Assembly: GCA_020725895.1 (NCBI GenBank)
Contig: DYTO01000003.1
Span: forward strand, 17,355 to 81,354
Length of the DNA stretch: 64,000 nucleotides
From: Candidatus Hadarchaeum sp.
GTDB taxonomy: Archaea; Hadarchaeota; Hadarchaeia; Hadarchaeales; Hadarchaeaceae
Direction: 5' to 3'
Below are positions 27,618 through 38,950 of the stretch, in pieces. The stretch's first letter is position 1; every line of letters starts with the position of its first letter. The translations under genes were made by a program, and so were the position numbers. The notes below the pieces were generated by a model. That model did no database searches, was not told the origin of the DNA, and saw nothing but the letters and a program-made list of their open reading frames with translations.

Positions 27618-28908
27618 GCCTGATTTGCTGCCCCACGACTTCGCGCGCCGATTTCTCTATTTCAGCGATTCCTTTTTCGCTCTCTTGCTTCAAAACCATG
27701 GATTTTTGAATTGACTCCTCAATCTTCGTCTGCGTGTCCTTCAAAGCCGAGCGATTTCTCTCCATCTTTCTTTCCAACTCGGCCATTTGCTTTGAAATCG
27801 TGAATTTGCTTTTCTCGCTGGACAAAGAAGCCAGTTTTTCTCGCAGCGCTTCCAAGCTTCTTTTTGCCTCCTCAAGCTCATTTCCTTCGATTATTTCTGT
27901 CAGGATCTCTTCTCTCTTCGTCCTTTCCCGATCGTTCAAGCTAATCCCCCCGCTGTTTATTGACTTCAGCACTTGCTTGAACAATTTCTTGGCGTCGGCG
28001 ATTTTTTGGTCAGACATCACCACGGCCACCGGGTCGTGCAGGCACGGCTGCAGGACCTTCGCTAGATCCCTGTCTACCGCCACCCTCCCGTCCACAATCA
28101 GCTTTTCCATCTTCCTCAGGGGCCTGTCCAACCCCGAAAATGTGCTTGAAATCGAGTTCTTCACGTGGCTTTTCTCCAGCTCGATCTTTTGGATCTCCCT
28201 CTCGATATTCTCAACCCGTTTGAACTCCTCGCCCTCGGCAAGCTTCTTCATGTGCGCGGAATCTTCAGCCAGGGCTTTCTCAAGCGCGCCCTTTTGCTCT
28301 TCGAGCGCTTTTATCTTTTTATCAAGTTCCGGTATCTGCTGCCGCAACTCGATTTGAATCTGGACTCTTGAAAGAAGCGTTACGAATTTCCCAATTTTTT
28401 CCAATGAAGTTTGAATGTGGTTGCGGGCATCCTTGATGAATGACTGCAACTGTTGGACATGGAATTGGATTGACTTTATCTGCGCGCCGAACACCACGCC
28501 AACTTGACGCCCCTGGGTCGTGATCGTCTGAGTGGTGAAATTAACAAACTTTGCCAGATCCAGGTCGAGCTCCGAGAGGTTCTCCGCGGAAATTTGCCTC
28601 TGCGGGTTGAAATCCGAAAGAGCCCTGTTCATCTTGTCAATGAACAATTTCCTGGCCTCGGTGGCCATCTTGTAAAGATTGGGATGGATCTCTTCCGTCG
28701 GTTCTGTGGCCGATAGCGTTTTCAGGTCGTCCAATATAATTTTTTTCTCCTCGACCATTTTATCGAACAAAGAATTGAGCTTTGGACGCACACTTTCAAT
28801 TTCATTTTGCTTGAGTTTATCGACTTTTTCTCGCAGGACTTCCAAAGACAGGTTTTCCACCGCTGGCTCGGCCGGCTGCTTTGGCTTAAATATCTTTTTG
28901 AAGAACAT
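27607..28908 (-). CDS. Long coiled-coil protein, function unknown
   Basis: 433 aa, heptad-rich and Glu/Lys/Leu-rich. Confidence 0.5.
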   Translation of the reverse strand: MFFKKIFKPKQPAEPAVENLSLEVLREKVDKLKQNEIESVRPKLNSLFDKMVEEKKIILDDLKTLSATEPTEEIHPNLYKMATEARKLFIDKMNRALSDFNPQRQISAENLSELDLDLAKFVNFTTQTITTQGRQVGVVFGAQIKSIQFHVQQLQSFIKDARNHIQTSLEKIGKFVTLLSRVQIQIELRQQIPELDKKIKALEEQKGALEKALAEDSAHMKKLAEGEEFKRVENIEREIQKIELEKSHVKNSISSTFSGLDRPLRKMEKLIVDGRVAVDRDLAKVLQPCLHDPVAVVMSDQKIADAKKLFKQVLKSINSGGISLNDRERTKREEILTEIIEGNELEEAKRSLEALREKLASLSSEKSKFTISKQMAELERKMERNRSALKDTQTKIEESIQKSMVLKQESEKGIAEIEKSAREVVGQQIRLTF

Positions 28909-28954
28909 CCTTCACCTCATAGACGATATGCGCCGTTGCTTAAATTCAGTTTGC

Positions 28955-29674
28955 TTAGAAAAATTCACCGCGTATGAACTTCTTCGTGCGTTTGTCCTTC
29001 GGGTGGCTGAAAATTTCTTTCGTCGTTCCTATATCTATCAACTCGCCGTCCAAGATACACGCCACTCTGTCGGCAATCCTGTGCGCGTGAAAGAGGTTGT
29101 GGGTCGCGACCACCACTGTGGTTTTCCCCTTCAGATTGCGGATGAGATCCTCCACAACCGAGATGTTTGCCGGATCAAGGTTTGCCGTCGGCTCGTCCAA
29201 TAAAAGCAGCTCGGGCTCGGTCACGAGCGCCCGCGCCAACGCCACGCGCTGCTGCTCCCCACCGGATAACTTCTTGGCTTTTCGCTTTCCGAACCCGCCC
29301 AAATTGACCGATTCGAGGGCTCTCTCGGTTCTTTTTTTGACTTCATCTTTCGAGTACCCGCGTATCTTCAGCCCGTAAGCAACGTTATCAAAAACCGTTT
29401 TTCTGAAAAGGGCCGTCTGCTGGAACGCCATCGTAACTCTTTTCCTATAATTAACATCGTCATAAACTTTCAACACTTTATTCTCATGTACTATTTCGCC
29501 ATTTGACGAGTTTTCGAGGAGCGCCATTATCCTGAGAAGCGTTGTCTTGCCCGCGCCGTTTGGTCCTATTATACACAATATCTCGCCTTTTTTCACGTCA
29601 AAGCTTGTGTTTCGCAGGACAGTTTTTTCATCGTATTTTTTACCGATTTTTTTCAATTTCAAAATCGTGGCCAT
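28955..29674 (-). CDS. tupC: ABC transporter ATP-binding protein, tungstate/molybdate-type
   Basis: Walker A GPNGAGKTT, signature LSGGEQQRV, Walker B LLLDEP. Confidence 0.75.
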   Translation of the reverse strand: MATILKLKKIGKKYDEKTVLRNTSFDVKKGEILCIIGPNGAGKTTLLRIMALLENSSNGEIVHENKVLKVYDDVNYRKRVTMAFQQTALFRKTVFDNVAYGLKIRGYSKDEVKKRTERALESVNLGGFGKRKAKKLSGGEQQRVALARALVTEPELLLLDEPTANLDPANISVVEDLIRNLKGKTTVVVATHNLFHAHRIADRVACILDGELIDIGTTKEIFSHPKDKRTKKFIRGEFF

Positions 29675-30310
29675 CTAGTCCCTCCTCAACATGTTCGCCA
29701 ATAGCGTAAGAGAAAAAACTATGGCAAGCAGCACGATTGCCAACTGGACAGACAGCTCCCATTCGCCACGGTTGTATTCAAGTGCGATCTGGGTTGTCAT
29801 GACTCGGGTGTATCCTCTAAGGCTTGCGCCAACCATCAGCGCAACCCCCAATTCCCCGATGGCCCGATTGAATGCAGCAATCCCCGCCAAAATCGTTCCT
29901 TTTCTGGCCTCGCTCAGCACCGCGAGCTTTGCCTGACCATCGGAAGCACCAAGTGTTTTTGCGAGATCCCTTATGCTAGGGTCGACGGATTCGATTGCGC
30001 TCGTCAATAGGCTAACAAGAATCGGCGTAACGAGAAGCGCCTGACCGATTATTATTGCCGTTGGAGTATAGAGGAGCCCAAGTGAACCGAGCGCCCCGGC
30101 GTTCGAGAAAAGTGCGACTAGGATTATTCCGAGCGCGACGGTTGGAAAGCCAATAAACGCGTTAAAAATGCTTATGATGATATTTCTCCCCCTGAAATTT
30201 CGCAACCCAAGAAAGAGCGAAATCGGCAAGCACCAGGTGAGAGAGAACAGTAGCGCCGCTCCCGATATCCAGATCGACCTCAGAACCACTTCGATGAGTT
30301 GTTCGCTCAT
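29675..30310 (-). CDS. tupB: ABC transporter permease, tungstate/molybdate-type
   Basis: 211 aa, 5-6 TM segments; lies between the binding-protein and ATPase genes. Confidence 0.7.
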   Translation of the reverse strand: MSEQLIEVVLRSIWISGAALLFSLTWCLPISLFLGLRNFRGRNIIISIFNAFIGFPTVALGIILVALFSNAGALGSLGLLYTPTAIIIGQALLVTPILVSLLTSAIESVDPSIRDLAKTLGASDGQAKLAVLSEARKGTILAGIAAFNRAIGELGVALMVGASLRGYTRVMTTQIALEYNRGEWELSVQLAIVLLAIVFSLTLLANMLRRD

Positions 30311-31290
30311 TGGTACAACTGCTCTTGCCCGAGTCTATATTGCTGCGGGCATTCTGAGTTCTCAAAAAATGCTGTATCGCGTATCCAAGTCGCGATTTCG
30401 GAATCGGCATTCTCCTTCAGGAGTTGAACTGCCGGGTTGAAGAGCGGGGCACCGTATTCTGCGACGCCGAAATTGCCGATGAAACTTTGCCCGTTGTCTG
30501 AAATCAGGTATTCTATGAAGTCGATGGCTCCTTGGAAATCGACGTTCTCGCGGTTGTCGACTGGGTTGGCTGCCATCACGCTGTACACGTTTAGAAGGTC
30601 TTTGCCGCTTGAAACGAACGTTTTGAGATTGATCAGGTTGTCATTGAAGTATTTCAGGTATGTTCCAGTATCGGTGATTGTGTATCCTCTGTGCTCGTTC
30701 GCCACCACCAGTGTAGCTCCCATTCCCTGGCCAGTCGCCGTGAACCAGTTCTCCTCATAAAGCGCCGTGAAATCAGGGAATCCGACTGACTTCCAGAGAG
30801 CTTTTTCCTTGGTGTTCGTGCCGGAGTTGTCGTCCCTGGAGACCCACTCCGCTTTCGTTTCGGCTATTTTCTGAAGCGCTGCAATTGTCGATAGGTTCTC
30901 GATTCCAGCGGGGTCTTCGTCCGGACCGATTATCGCGAAAAAATTGTATGCTATTATTTTCCTTGCGCCTCCAGAGTTGTCCGTCAGGAACAGGTTTTCA
31001 AGCGTGGGGGAGTGCACGAAAGTCACGTCAACGTCCCCGCTCCCCGCCTGATCTAGAGCCGGCCCTGTGCCTAGCGATATCACATCCAGCCGCACTCCGT
31101 AATTATTGAGGTACTCGTCGGCGATGTTGTCCAAAAGGCCCGTGTCAAAAAGGCTAGTCGTCGTCGAGACTTTCAGCCTAGGCACGGTCCTTCCAGAGAG
31201 TTCAATCGCTGCCACGGCTGAAACTCCCGCGATTACCAGGACGACCAGAATCAACGCCAGCTTGTTCATCCAATCGATTAAGTTTAACAA
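30307..31290 (-). CDS. tupA: Tungstate/molybdate ABC transporter substrate-binding protein (TupA/WtpA family)
   Basis: Signal anchor and oxyanion-binding motif VSTTTSLFDTGLLD (the TTTS...DTGL motif of TupA). Confidence 0.65.
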   Translation of the reverse strand: MLNLIDWMNKLALILVVLVIAGVSAVAAIELSGRTVPRLKVSTTTSLFDTGLLDNIADEYLNNYGVRLDVISLGTGPALDQAGSGDVDVTFVHSPTLENLFLTDNSGGARKIIAYNFFAIIGPDEDPAGIENLSTIAALQKIAETKAEWVSRDDNSGTNTKEKALWKSVGFPDFTALYEENWFTATGQGMGATLVVANEHRGYTITDTGTYLKYFNDNLINLKTFVSSGKDLLNVYSVMAANPVDNRENVDFQGAIDFIEYLISDNGQSFIGNFGVAEYGAPLFNPAVQLLKENADSEIATWIRDTAFFENSECPQQYRLGQEQLYQ

Positions 31291-31392
31291 AATGGGTTAA
31301 TAAGTTTACAGATAGTAAACAAACACGTTTAACAAAAGGGACCTAATATTCGTTTGGCTGACTGAAACCCTTTTTACCAAAAACAGGTCTGA

Positions 31393-33043
<1,651 letters not shown>

Positions 33044-33053
<10 letters not shown>

Positions 33054-33625
33054 CATTCGTCACGAGCAACAAGCACAAGTTCGAGGAGGCGGCCGAGATA
33101 GCGAAGCGCCACGGCGTTGATATCGTGCACAGAGCGGTCCCTTACGCGGAAATCCAAGCCGACACCCTAGAGGAAATAGTCATCCATGGGGCGCAGGAGG
33201 TAAGCGCGTCTGCGGGCGGGCCATGCTTCGTGGAGGACGCCGGCCTTTTCATCGATGCCCTCAAAGGATTTCCCGGACCTTACTCGAAATTCGTTTTCCT
33301 GACGATCGGGAACGCGGGCGTCCTGAAGCTCCTCGAGGGGGAGAAGAACCGCAAGGCTGAGTTCAGGTCCGCCGTCGGCTACTGCGAGCCCGGCGGGAAA
33401 CCCGTCGTCTTCTCGGCAAAATGCGTCGGGAAAATCTCGGCAGAGCCTCAAGGCAAGGGCGGGTTCGGCTTCGACCCGATATTCCTGTCCGACGGAGGCG
33501 AGGGAAAGACGTTCGCGGAGATGACCACAGAACTTAAAAACAAATTCTCCCATCGCGGTAAGGCGGTGGAAGCCGTCGTGAAGTGGTATAAAGAGGAAAA
33601 ATCATTAAAGAGTGGTAAAAAATGA
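33044..33625 (+). CDS. Non-canonical purine NTP pyrophosphatase (Ham1/ITPase family)
   Basis: TSNKHKFEE start, FVEDAGLFIDALKGFPG, FGFDPIF. Confidence 0.8.
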
Positions 33626-34023
33626 GCGCGACGCAAGTAGGGGAAATCCCCACGGCTGAGATCGAGGATCTGGTTGCCAAGCTTGCCAAGGAAGGTGTGC
33701 AACCAAGCAAGATAGGACTCGTCCTCAGAGACCAGTACGCTGTGCCCGACGTTAAGAAGATGACTGGCAAAAGCGTGACCCAGATCCTGAAAGCGAAGGG
33801 GATAAAATTGTCTCTGCCTGAAGACCTCGTCAGCGTAATCCAGGAGGCCGTGAAGCTATACGCTCACCTGAACCGCAACAAGAAGGATCATAAGAGCAAA
33901 CGTTCGCTCGAAGTCATAGAATCGAGGATAAACAGGCTTTCACGATATTACAAGCGGCTTGGAATCCTTCCAAAGGACTGGAGATACGAGCGCGATCGTG
34001 CCGCTCTGCTCATACGCTCTTGA
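33622..34023 (+). CDS. rps15: 30S ribosomal protein S15 (S13e)
   Basis: 133 aa with characteristic C-terminal SRINRLSRYYKR...LPKDWRY. Confidence 0.8.
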   Translation: MSATQVGEIPTAEIEDLVAKLAKEGVQPSKIGLVLRDQYAVPDVKKMTGKSVTQILKAKGIKLSLPEDLVSVIQEAVKLYAHLNRNKKDHKSKRSLEVIESRINRLSRYYKRLGILPKDWRYERDRAALLIRS

Positions 34024-34115
34024 TTTGAGACACTTGCATTACCGAATCCTTCAGACTGAAAACGTTAATTAGAGATGCTGTCGAAAGTTAAAGATAAATC
34101 GAAAAGGTAGATGAA

Positions 34116-35531
34116 ATGGGCCGTGCCGAAATAAAACTGTTCCAGCGCGACGCTGAAAGTGTAGCCGAATTCCTAAGACCACGGCTCACAGGCGACAAAA
34201 AGGTAAAAATAATAACACACACGGACGCCGACGGGATATCCGCCGCGGCAATCATCGCCAGGTGCCTCTATTTCTACGATGTTCCATTCAACGTACACTT
34301 CAGCCGGCCAAAAAAGACTGAGGAAATCGCGAAGCTCGCCGAAGAGGATTACGATCTCTTCATCTTCCTTGACCAGGGCTCGGGGCAGGTCGAGGCGATC
34401 CACAAATTCATTCTCGCGAAGAACAAGGATGTCGTGATAATCGACCACCACCCTGGGAATCTTCCAAAGCATCCGAACCTCGTCTACCTCAACCCTCACA
34501 CTTGCGGCCTGAACGGTGCGAAGGATGTCAGCGCGAGCGGTGGCGCGTATCTCGTTGCGGAGCGCCTGGACCTCAGGTTCAGGCATTTGGTTGGGCTGGC
34601 CCTGATAGGTGCGATAGGGGACAGGCAGGAGTTCTTCTCAGGTTTCACGGAAGTAAACGACCTGATCGCCAAGCGCGCGATAGACCTGGAAATCGTCCGG
34701 CAGGGAGAAGGTCTGCGATTGATTGGCCGTTCCATGACGCCTGTTTTCGAGAGTTTGCATAAATCGACCAGGCCTTTCATCGTCGGCATCTCAAGAGACC
34801 CTTCGGCGTGTAGGATTCTTCTAAAAGAGCTCGGGATATCTCAAACTATCACGATTTCAGAGTTCCATCCCGAAGACGAAAAGAACCTGGCCGACGCGAT
34901 ATTTTCCCGCGTTGGGTCGATAGCGGAAAGAGAGGAATTCCGCCACGCTCTGTGGGGGACAGTTTATACCAACACTTCAGACCAGATAATCGGGCCTCGG
35001 GATTTGCGCGAGTATGCGACGATCTTGGACGCTTGCGCCAATTTCAAAAAAGCCGACGTTGCCCTCGCAATGGCCACTGGCGACGAAACATTCGTGAAAG
35101 AGGCGATGGAACTGCTGAACCTGCGACAGGACGAGATGATCAAGTCGGTCGGCTGGCTGGTCAAGAGATTGGACCTTTTGAAGGACGCCGGGAACTTCAG
35201 GTATATATACTGCGGTGACGAAATCGACCCCTCACTCATAGGCGAATCGATATCGCTCCTGATCGAGTCTGGAACGGTTGAAATGGACAAGCCTCTGCTG
35301 GGGCTCGTCGACACGCCAACGGAGGAAGTGAAAATTTCCGGGCGCGGGACGCCCAGGCTCGCCATGGAGGGCGTGGACATCGGCGGCGGCCTGAACGCGG
35401 CTTCCGCGGAAGTCGGCGGGTTCGGCGGGGGGCACGACGTCGCGGCGGCTGCGAGGATTCCGGCCGATAAAATGAATGAGTTTTTAAACAAGCTAAATGA
35501 GTTCTTCGCGAGGAAAAAAGATGGACTATAA
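34116..35531 (+). CDS. RecJ-like DHH/DHHA1 nuclease (GAN/archaeal Cdc45-RecJ homologue), paralogue 1
   Basis: DHH motifs ITHTDADGISAAA, FLDQGS, IIDHHP; DHHA1 GGGH near the C-terminus; conserved position downstream of S15. Confidence 0.7.
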   Translation: MGRAEIKLFQRDAESVAEFLRPRLTGDKKVKIITHTDADGISAAAIIARCLYFYDVPFNVHFSRPKKTEEIAKLAEEDYDLFIFLDQGSGQVEAIHKFILAKNKDVVIIDHHPGNLPKHPNLVYLNPHTCGLNGAKDVSASGGAYLVAERLDLRFRHLVGLALIGAIGDRQEFFSGFTEVNDLIAKRAIDLEIVRQGEGLRLIGRSMTPVFESLHKSTRPFIVGISRDPSACRILLKELGISQTITISEFHPEDEKNLADAIFSRVGSIAEREEFRHALWGTVYTNTSDQIIGPRDLREYATILDACANFKKADVALAMATGDETFVKEAMELLNLRQDEMIKSVGWLVKRLDLLKDAGNFRYIYCGDEIDPSLIGESISLLIESGTVEMDKPLLGLVDTPTEEVKISGRGTPRLAMEGVDIGGGLNAASAEVGGFGGGHDVAAAARIPADKMNEFLNKLNEFFARKKDGL

Positions 35532-36918
35532 CGAGCAAATAGACTTCCTTTACAAGGATGTGCCGGGGTTCTCGGCGACTGTGAAGCTGATTGAGAAGTT
35601 GAAGAAAAAGAGGAAACTGAGGGTGCTGAACTTTTCTCACCACGATCTTGACGGCATTTCGAGCGCGTTCATCCTGAAGAGGATATTCGAGAACCATCTC
35701 GGGGCGAAGGTCGTCACGAAGATGCCTGCCTTTTTCAAGCTCTGGGAGGAGGCGCTGACCGACGAGCTGAAAAAAGAGGGCGAGTTCGACATTCTCCTTA
35801 TCTCTGACAAGGGGACTTTCGAGTACTACGATGAGTTCCTGAAACACGTTGAAGAAGTTTTGATAATCGACCACCACCAGCTCGACGGAAAGCCGAAGAA
35901 CTGCACCCTTTTCAACCCGACTGTCGAGGTTTCGAACTATGCTTCCGCGGCGAGCCTGCTCTGTAACATGCTCGCTCACAAGCTCGGCTATGCGGAGGAG
36001 ATCGACGACCTGGCCGCGCTGATCGGCTGCAGGGGCGACTTCGCTTTCGACCCCGTTGAAAAAACCATCTCGGACTTTGCGACACCTTTCATCGAGGAGA
36101 TGGAGAAAAAATTCCCGCTCGCTTTCGAGGTAAGGTCCGGCCGCCCTACGATGTACGATATCGTGGACAGGAGCCGCACTGCGCTGATTAACCAGATAGG
36201 CGAAGTCCTGCAGGTGGGGACGCTAGCGCACCTGTACAAGGAGAAGCTGAAGATAGATGTCGATTCCGGACCCGGCCTAGTTTACGATTTCCTTGTCGAG
36301 CTCGGCGAGAGCGACGGCGACTCGTCGAAATTCACCTCGATTGAGGATTTCCTCGCGCACGGTCCCAACGGCAAGATACTGTCCACGGTTTTCGACCAGT
36401 TCAAGGATGACTGGGACCTCCTGGAAAAGAGGTCGGACAATTCCGTGTTCATAGGCGAACTGAGGGGCATCGGCGTTTACCTCGTTTTCGCGCGCGAAGT
36501 AGACGCGATGGATTCCACGCCTTTCCCCGCGATATTGCCTTTCGTCGCGTCCACTAAACTGGAGAACATGAAAAGGAAGGGCAACCACCCGCACGCGATG
36601 GTAGTCGTCTTCTGCCCGAAGGAGAGGGGGGTCCACATCTCGATGAGGGGCGGCGGCGGTATCATAAACTGCGGGAAAATGTGTTTCGAGCTCTCCAAGC
36701 GGCTCCAAGAGATATATCTGGACGGCAAGGGAATCGGCGGCGGAGGCCACGCGAAGGCCGCGGAACTCCTCGCGGACAAGCCGATCCCGACGTACTCGGT
36801 CATGCACGAGTTTTTGCTGATGGCCGAGGAGATGGTAGCGCTTTCGAAGGCCCTTGACGAGGGGACGGCGGACCATGACCAGATTGAAAAGTCCAAAGTT
36901 TTGGGCCTGACGAGCTAG
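35521..36918 (+). CDS. RecJ-like DHH/DHHA1 nuclease, paralogue 2
   Basis: FSHHDLDGISSAFI, LISDKG, IIDHHQ, C-terminal GGGH; overlaps the end of paralogue 1. Confidence 0.7.
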   Translation: MDYNEQIDFLYKDVPGFSATVKLIEKLKKKRKLRVLNFSHHDLDGISSAFILKRIFENHLGAKVVTKMPAFFKLWEEALTDELKKEGEFDILLISDKGTFEYYDEFLKHVEEVLIIDHHQLDGKPKNCTLFNPTVEVSNYASAASLLCNMLAHKLGYAEEIDDLAALIGCRGDFAFDPVEKTISDFATPFIEEMEKKFPLAFEVRSGRPTMYDIVDRSRTALINQIGEVLQVGTLAHLYKEKLKIDVDSGPGLVYDFLVELGESDGDSSKFTSIEDFLAHGPNGKILSTVFDQFKDDWDLLEKRSDNSVFIGELRGIGVYLVFAREVDAMDSTPFPAILPFVASTKLENMKRKGNHPHAMVVVFCPKERGVHISMRGGGGIINCGKMCFELSKRLQEIYLDGKGIGGGGHAKAAELLADKPIPTYSVMHEFLLMAEEMVALSKALDEGTADHDQIEKSKVLGLTS

Positions 36919-36987
36919 TTTGGCCGCCAAAAAGGACGCTTTTAGGTTATTTTTAGGGGCTTTTCGGTACCTTATTAAAGGTCTGAG

Positions 36988-37428
36988 ATGTTCAGTTTTT
37001 GTATGACGCTAGAGCAAAGCGAGTTCCAGCAACTAACCGAAGTGCTTATCGAGCTTGTGGATAGATATCGCGGGAACCCTGCGGTCTTGGGAGCAATACT
37101 GGCTGAGTTCCACGACATTTACAAAAAAATCCCGATATACCCGTCGATCGTCGCAATGTGCCTGGGGAAGGTCGTGGCCGCGGCGAAAGTCGATGAAATA
37201 CAGAAAGAGGAGGAAATAGCCGTCACTTTGGATGACGGGCGCACGATTTCCGGCAAGGTTGTCGAGAATAACGAAAAGGAAATCAAACTCGCTGAGGCTC
37301 ACCGAACGACGTTCCTGCCGCTCACTGAGAAGGTCTCTATTGAAAAGTCGAAGATCGAGGACGTGAGGAAACTCGTGCGAGAGATTCTGGCCAAGGAATG
37401 GCCGACGCTAAATTTCAAGGAGGGGTGA
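36988..37428 (+). CDS. Hypothetical protein (146 aa)
   Basis: ORF only. Confidence 0.35.
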   Translation: MFSFCMTLEQSEFQQLTEVLIELVDRYRGNPAVLGAILAEFHDIYKKIPIYPSIVAMCLGKVVAAAKVDEIQKEEEIAVTLDDGRTISGKVVENNEKEIKLAEAHRTTFLPLTEKVSIEKSKIEDVRKLVREILAKEWPTLNFKEG

Positions 37429-37429
37429 A

Positions 37430-38680
37430 ATGACGTCATTGAACTTGAATGCCGGCGAAGTATATCGCGTGGAGGGGCAGATTAGCCTGGAAATCAAGAA
37501 AGGCCAGGTTTTGATTACTGGAGGGCGGCGAAAGGAAGGGGAAAGGATAATCATACCCCGCGCGAAATCCGTGCCTCTTGAGGCTGAGACGGACGCGACG
37601 CTCGAGTATTCTATGGGGTCCGATGGGAAAGTCGAGAAGCTGCTCGGACGAACGATTCCCAAAGAGTGGGACGCGCTCTTCGACGAGATAATCCAGAAGA
37701 AGCCCCGCGCGGTCCTCGTGATCGGGCCTGTAGACGTCGGCAAGACTTTCCTCACCACCTATTTCGGTAACAAGCTCCTAAATCACGGGATAAAGATGGG
37801 CGCTGTCGACAGCGATGTCGGCCAAGCGGATATCGGGCCACCGACGACGATGGGGCTGGGCGTCTTCGAGAAGCCCGTGACGCTCCTCTTCGAGGTGCCG
37901 CTGAAGAGCGCTTATTTCGTCGGGTCGATGTCGCCGTCGGGCCACATGATCGAGTTCGTCGTCGGGATGAAGTGCCTAGTCGAGAAAGGCCTGAAGCACT
38001 CGGACATGGTCCTCGTGAACACTCCCGGTTGGGTCTCCGGCGGTTCCGGGAGGTGCCTCCAGCTTTACACAGAGGAACTGGTCAACCCAGAGATCGTCAT
38101 AGCCCTCCAGAGGGGGAGGGAACTCGAGCACCTTCTGTCGAGCATCGCGCCACACAAGATCAGACGCCTGCCCGTCTCCCAGAAAGTCAGGCAAAGGACG
38201 CCCAAGGAGAGAGCCGACCTGAGGGGGCTGCTTCTGGGAAAATATTTCGAGAACGCCGATACCGTCGCGCTCAACATGAACAAGCTAAGGTTCGAGCGAA
38301 CTTACATGGGAACCGGGGAGCCGATGGACCCAGTCCAGTTCGGGAGGAACGTTATATATGCGGAGAAGGTCCCGGAGGGCCTGATACTTGTCTTCGAGCG
38401 CAGGCCGCAGGAAGCTGAGCTGGAACAGCTACGGGCGAAGCACGGGAATCTCAAGGTGCTGAAAAAGAACATGGAGCAGAACATTATAGTCGGGCTGACG
38501 AACGATGATGACGAGCTTCTCGGAATGGGGATACTCGAAAAGATCGATTACGAAAAGGGGAAGATGATAGTCACTACGCCCGTGAAGGACGTCGAGTCGA
38601 TAAAAATCGTCCAGCTCGGCTCGATGAAGGTCATGAAGACCGGCGAAGAGATCGGGACTGTCAGGCCGGGCACATTCTGA
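37430..38680 (+). CDS. Clp1/Grc3-family polynucleotide 5'-hydroxyl kinase
   Basis: P-loop VLVIGPVDVGKTF; N-terminal beta domain, central kinase domain and C-terminal domain; 416 aa. Confidence 0.65.
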   Translation: MTSLNLNAGEVYRVEGQISLEIKKGQVLITGGRRKEGERIIIPRAKSVPLEAETDATLEYSMGSDGKVEKLLGRTIPKEWDALFDEIIQKKPRAVLVIGPVDVGKTFLTTYFGNKLLNHGIKMGAVDSDVGQADIGPPTTMGLGVFEKPVTLLFEVPLKSAYFVGSMSPSGHMIEFVVGMKCLVEKGLKHSDMVLVNTPGWVSGGSGRCLQLYTEELVNPEIVIALQRGRELEHLLSSIAPHKIRRLPVSQKVRQRTPKERADLRGLLLGKYFENADTVALNMNKLRFERTYMGTGEPMDPVQFGRNVIYAEKVPEGLILVFERRPQEAELEQLRAKHGNLKVLKKNMEQNIIVGLTNDDDELLGMGILEKIDYEKGKMIVTTPVKDVESIKIVQLGSMKVMKTGEEIGTVRPGTF

Positions 38681-38690
38681 GGAGAAAATT

Positions 38691-38924
38691 GTGAAACTCT
38701 CGGCTGAAATAAGCTGTTCTTACCAAACTGAAAAGGCTGCAAACACCGTTGCAAAATCAATTTCTCCAGACAACCTTAAGCTTCCAGAAGGATTGAAAAT
38801 TAAAACCAAAGTTTCGGGTAAAGAAGTTTTCAGCATGATTGAACTCGACGGAAAAATCGAGACACTCCTCGCGACGCTCGACGACCTCCTTTCGTGCACG
38901 CAAACCGCCGAAAACGTCCTTTAG
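38691..38924 (+). CDS. Pcc1-fold small protein, candidate KEOPS Pcc2 (Pcc1 paralogue)
   Basis: 77 aa. Aligns by eye to the Pcc1 at 54150-54398: KAANTVAKSISPDN vs RGAEAVLRSLVPEK, and KVSGKEVFSMIELDGKIETLLATLDDLLSCTQTAE vs TRRKNVLCLQVDAEDTAALRAALNSFLRWTIVAKE. Confidence 0.5.
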   Translation: MKLSAEISCSYQTEKAANTVAKSISPDNLKLPEGLKIKTKVSGKEVFSMIELDGKIETLLATLDDLLSCTQTAENVL

Positions 38925-38950
38925 ATAGGTTTTTCAAACCCCTTTGATAA

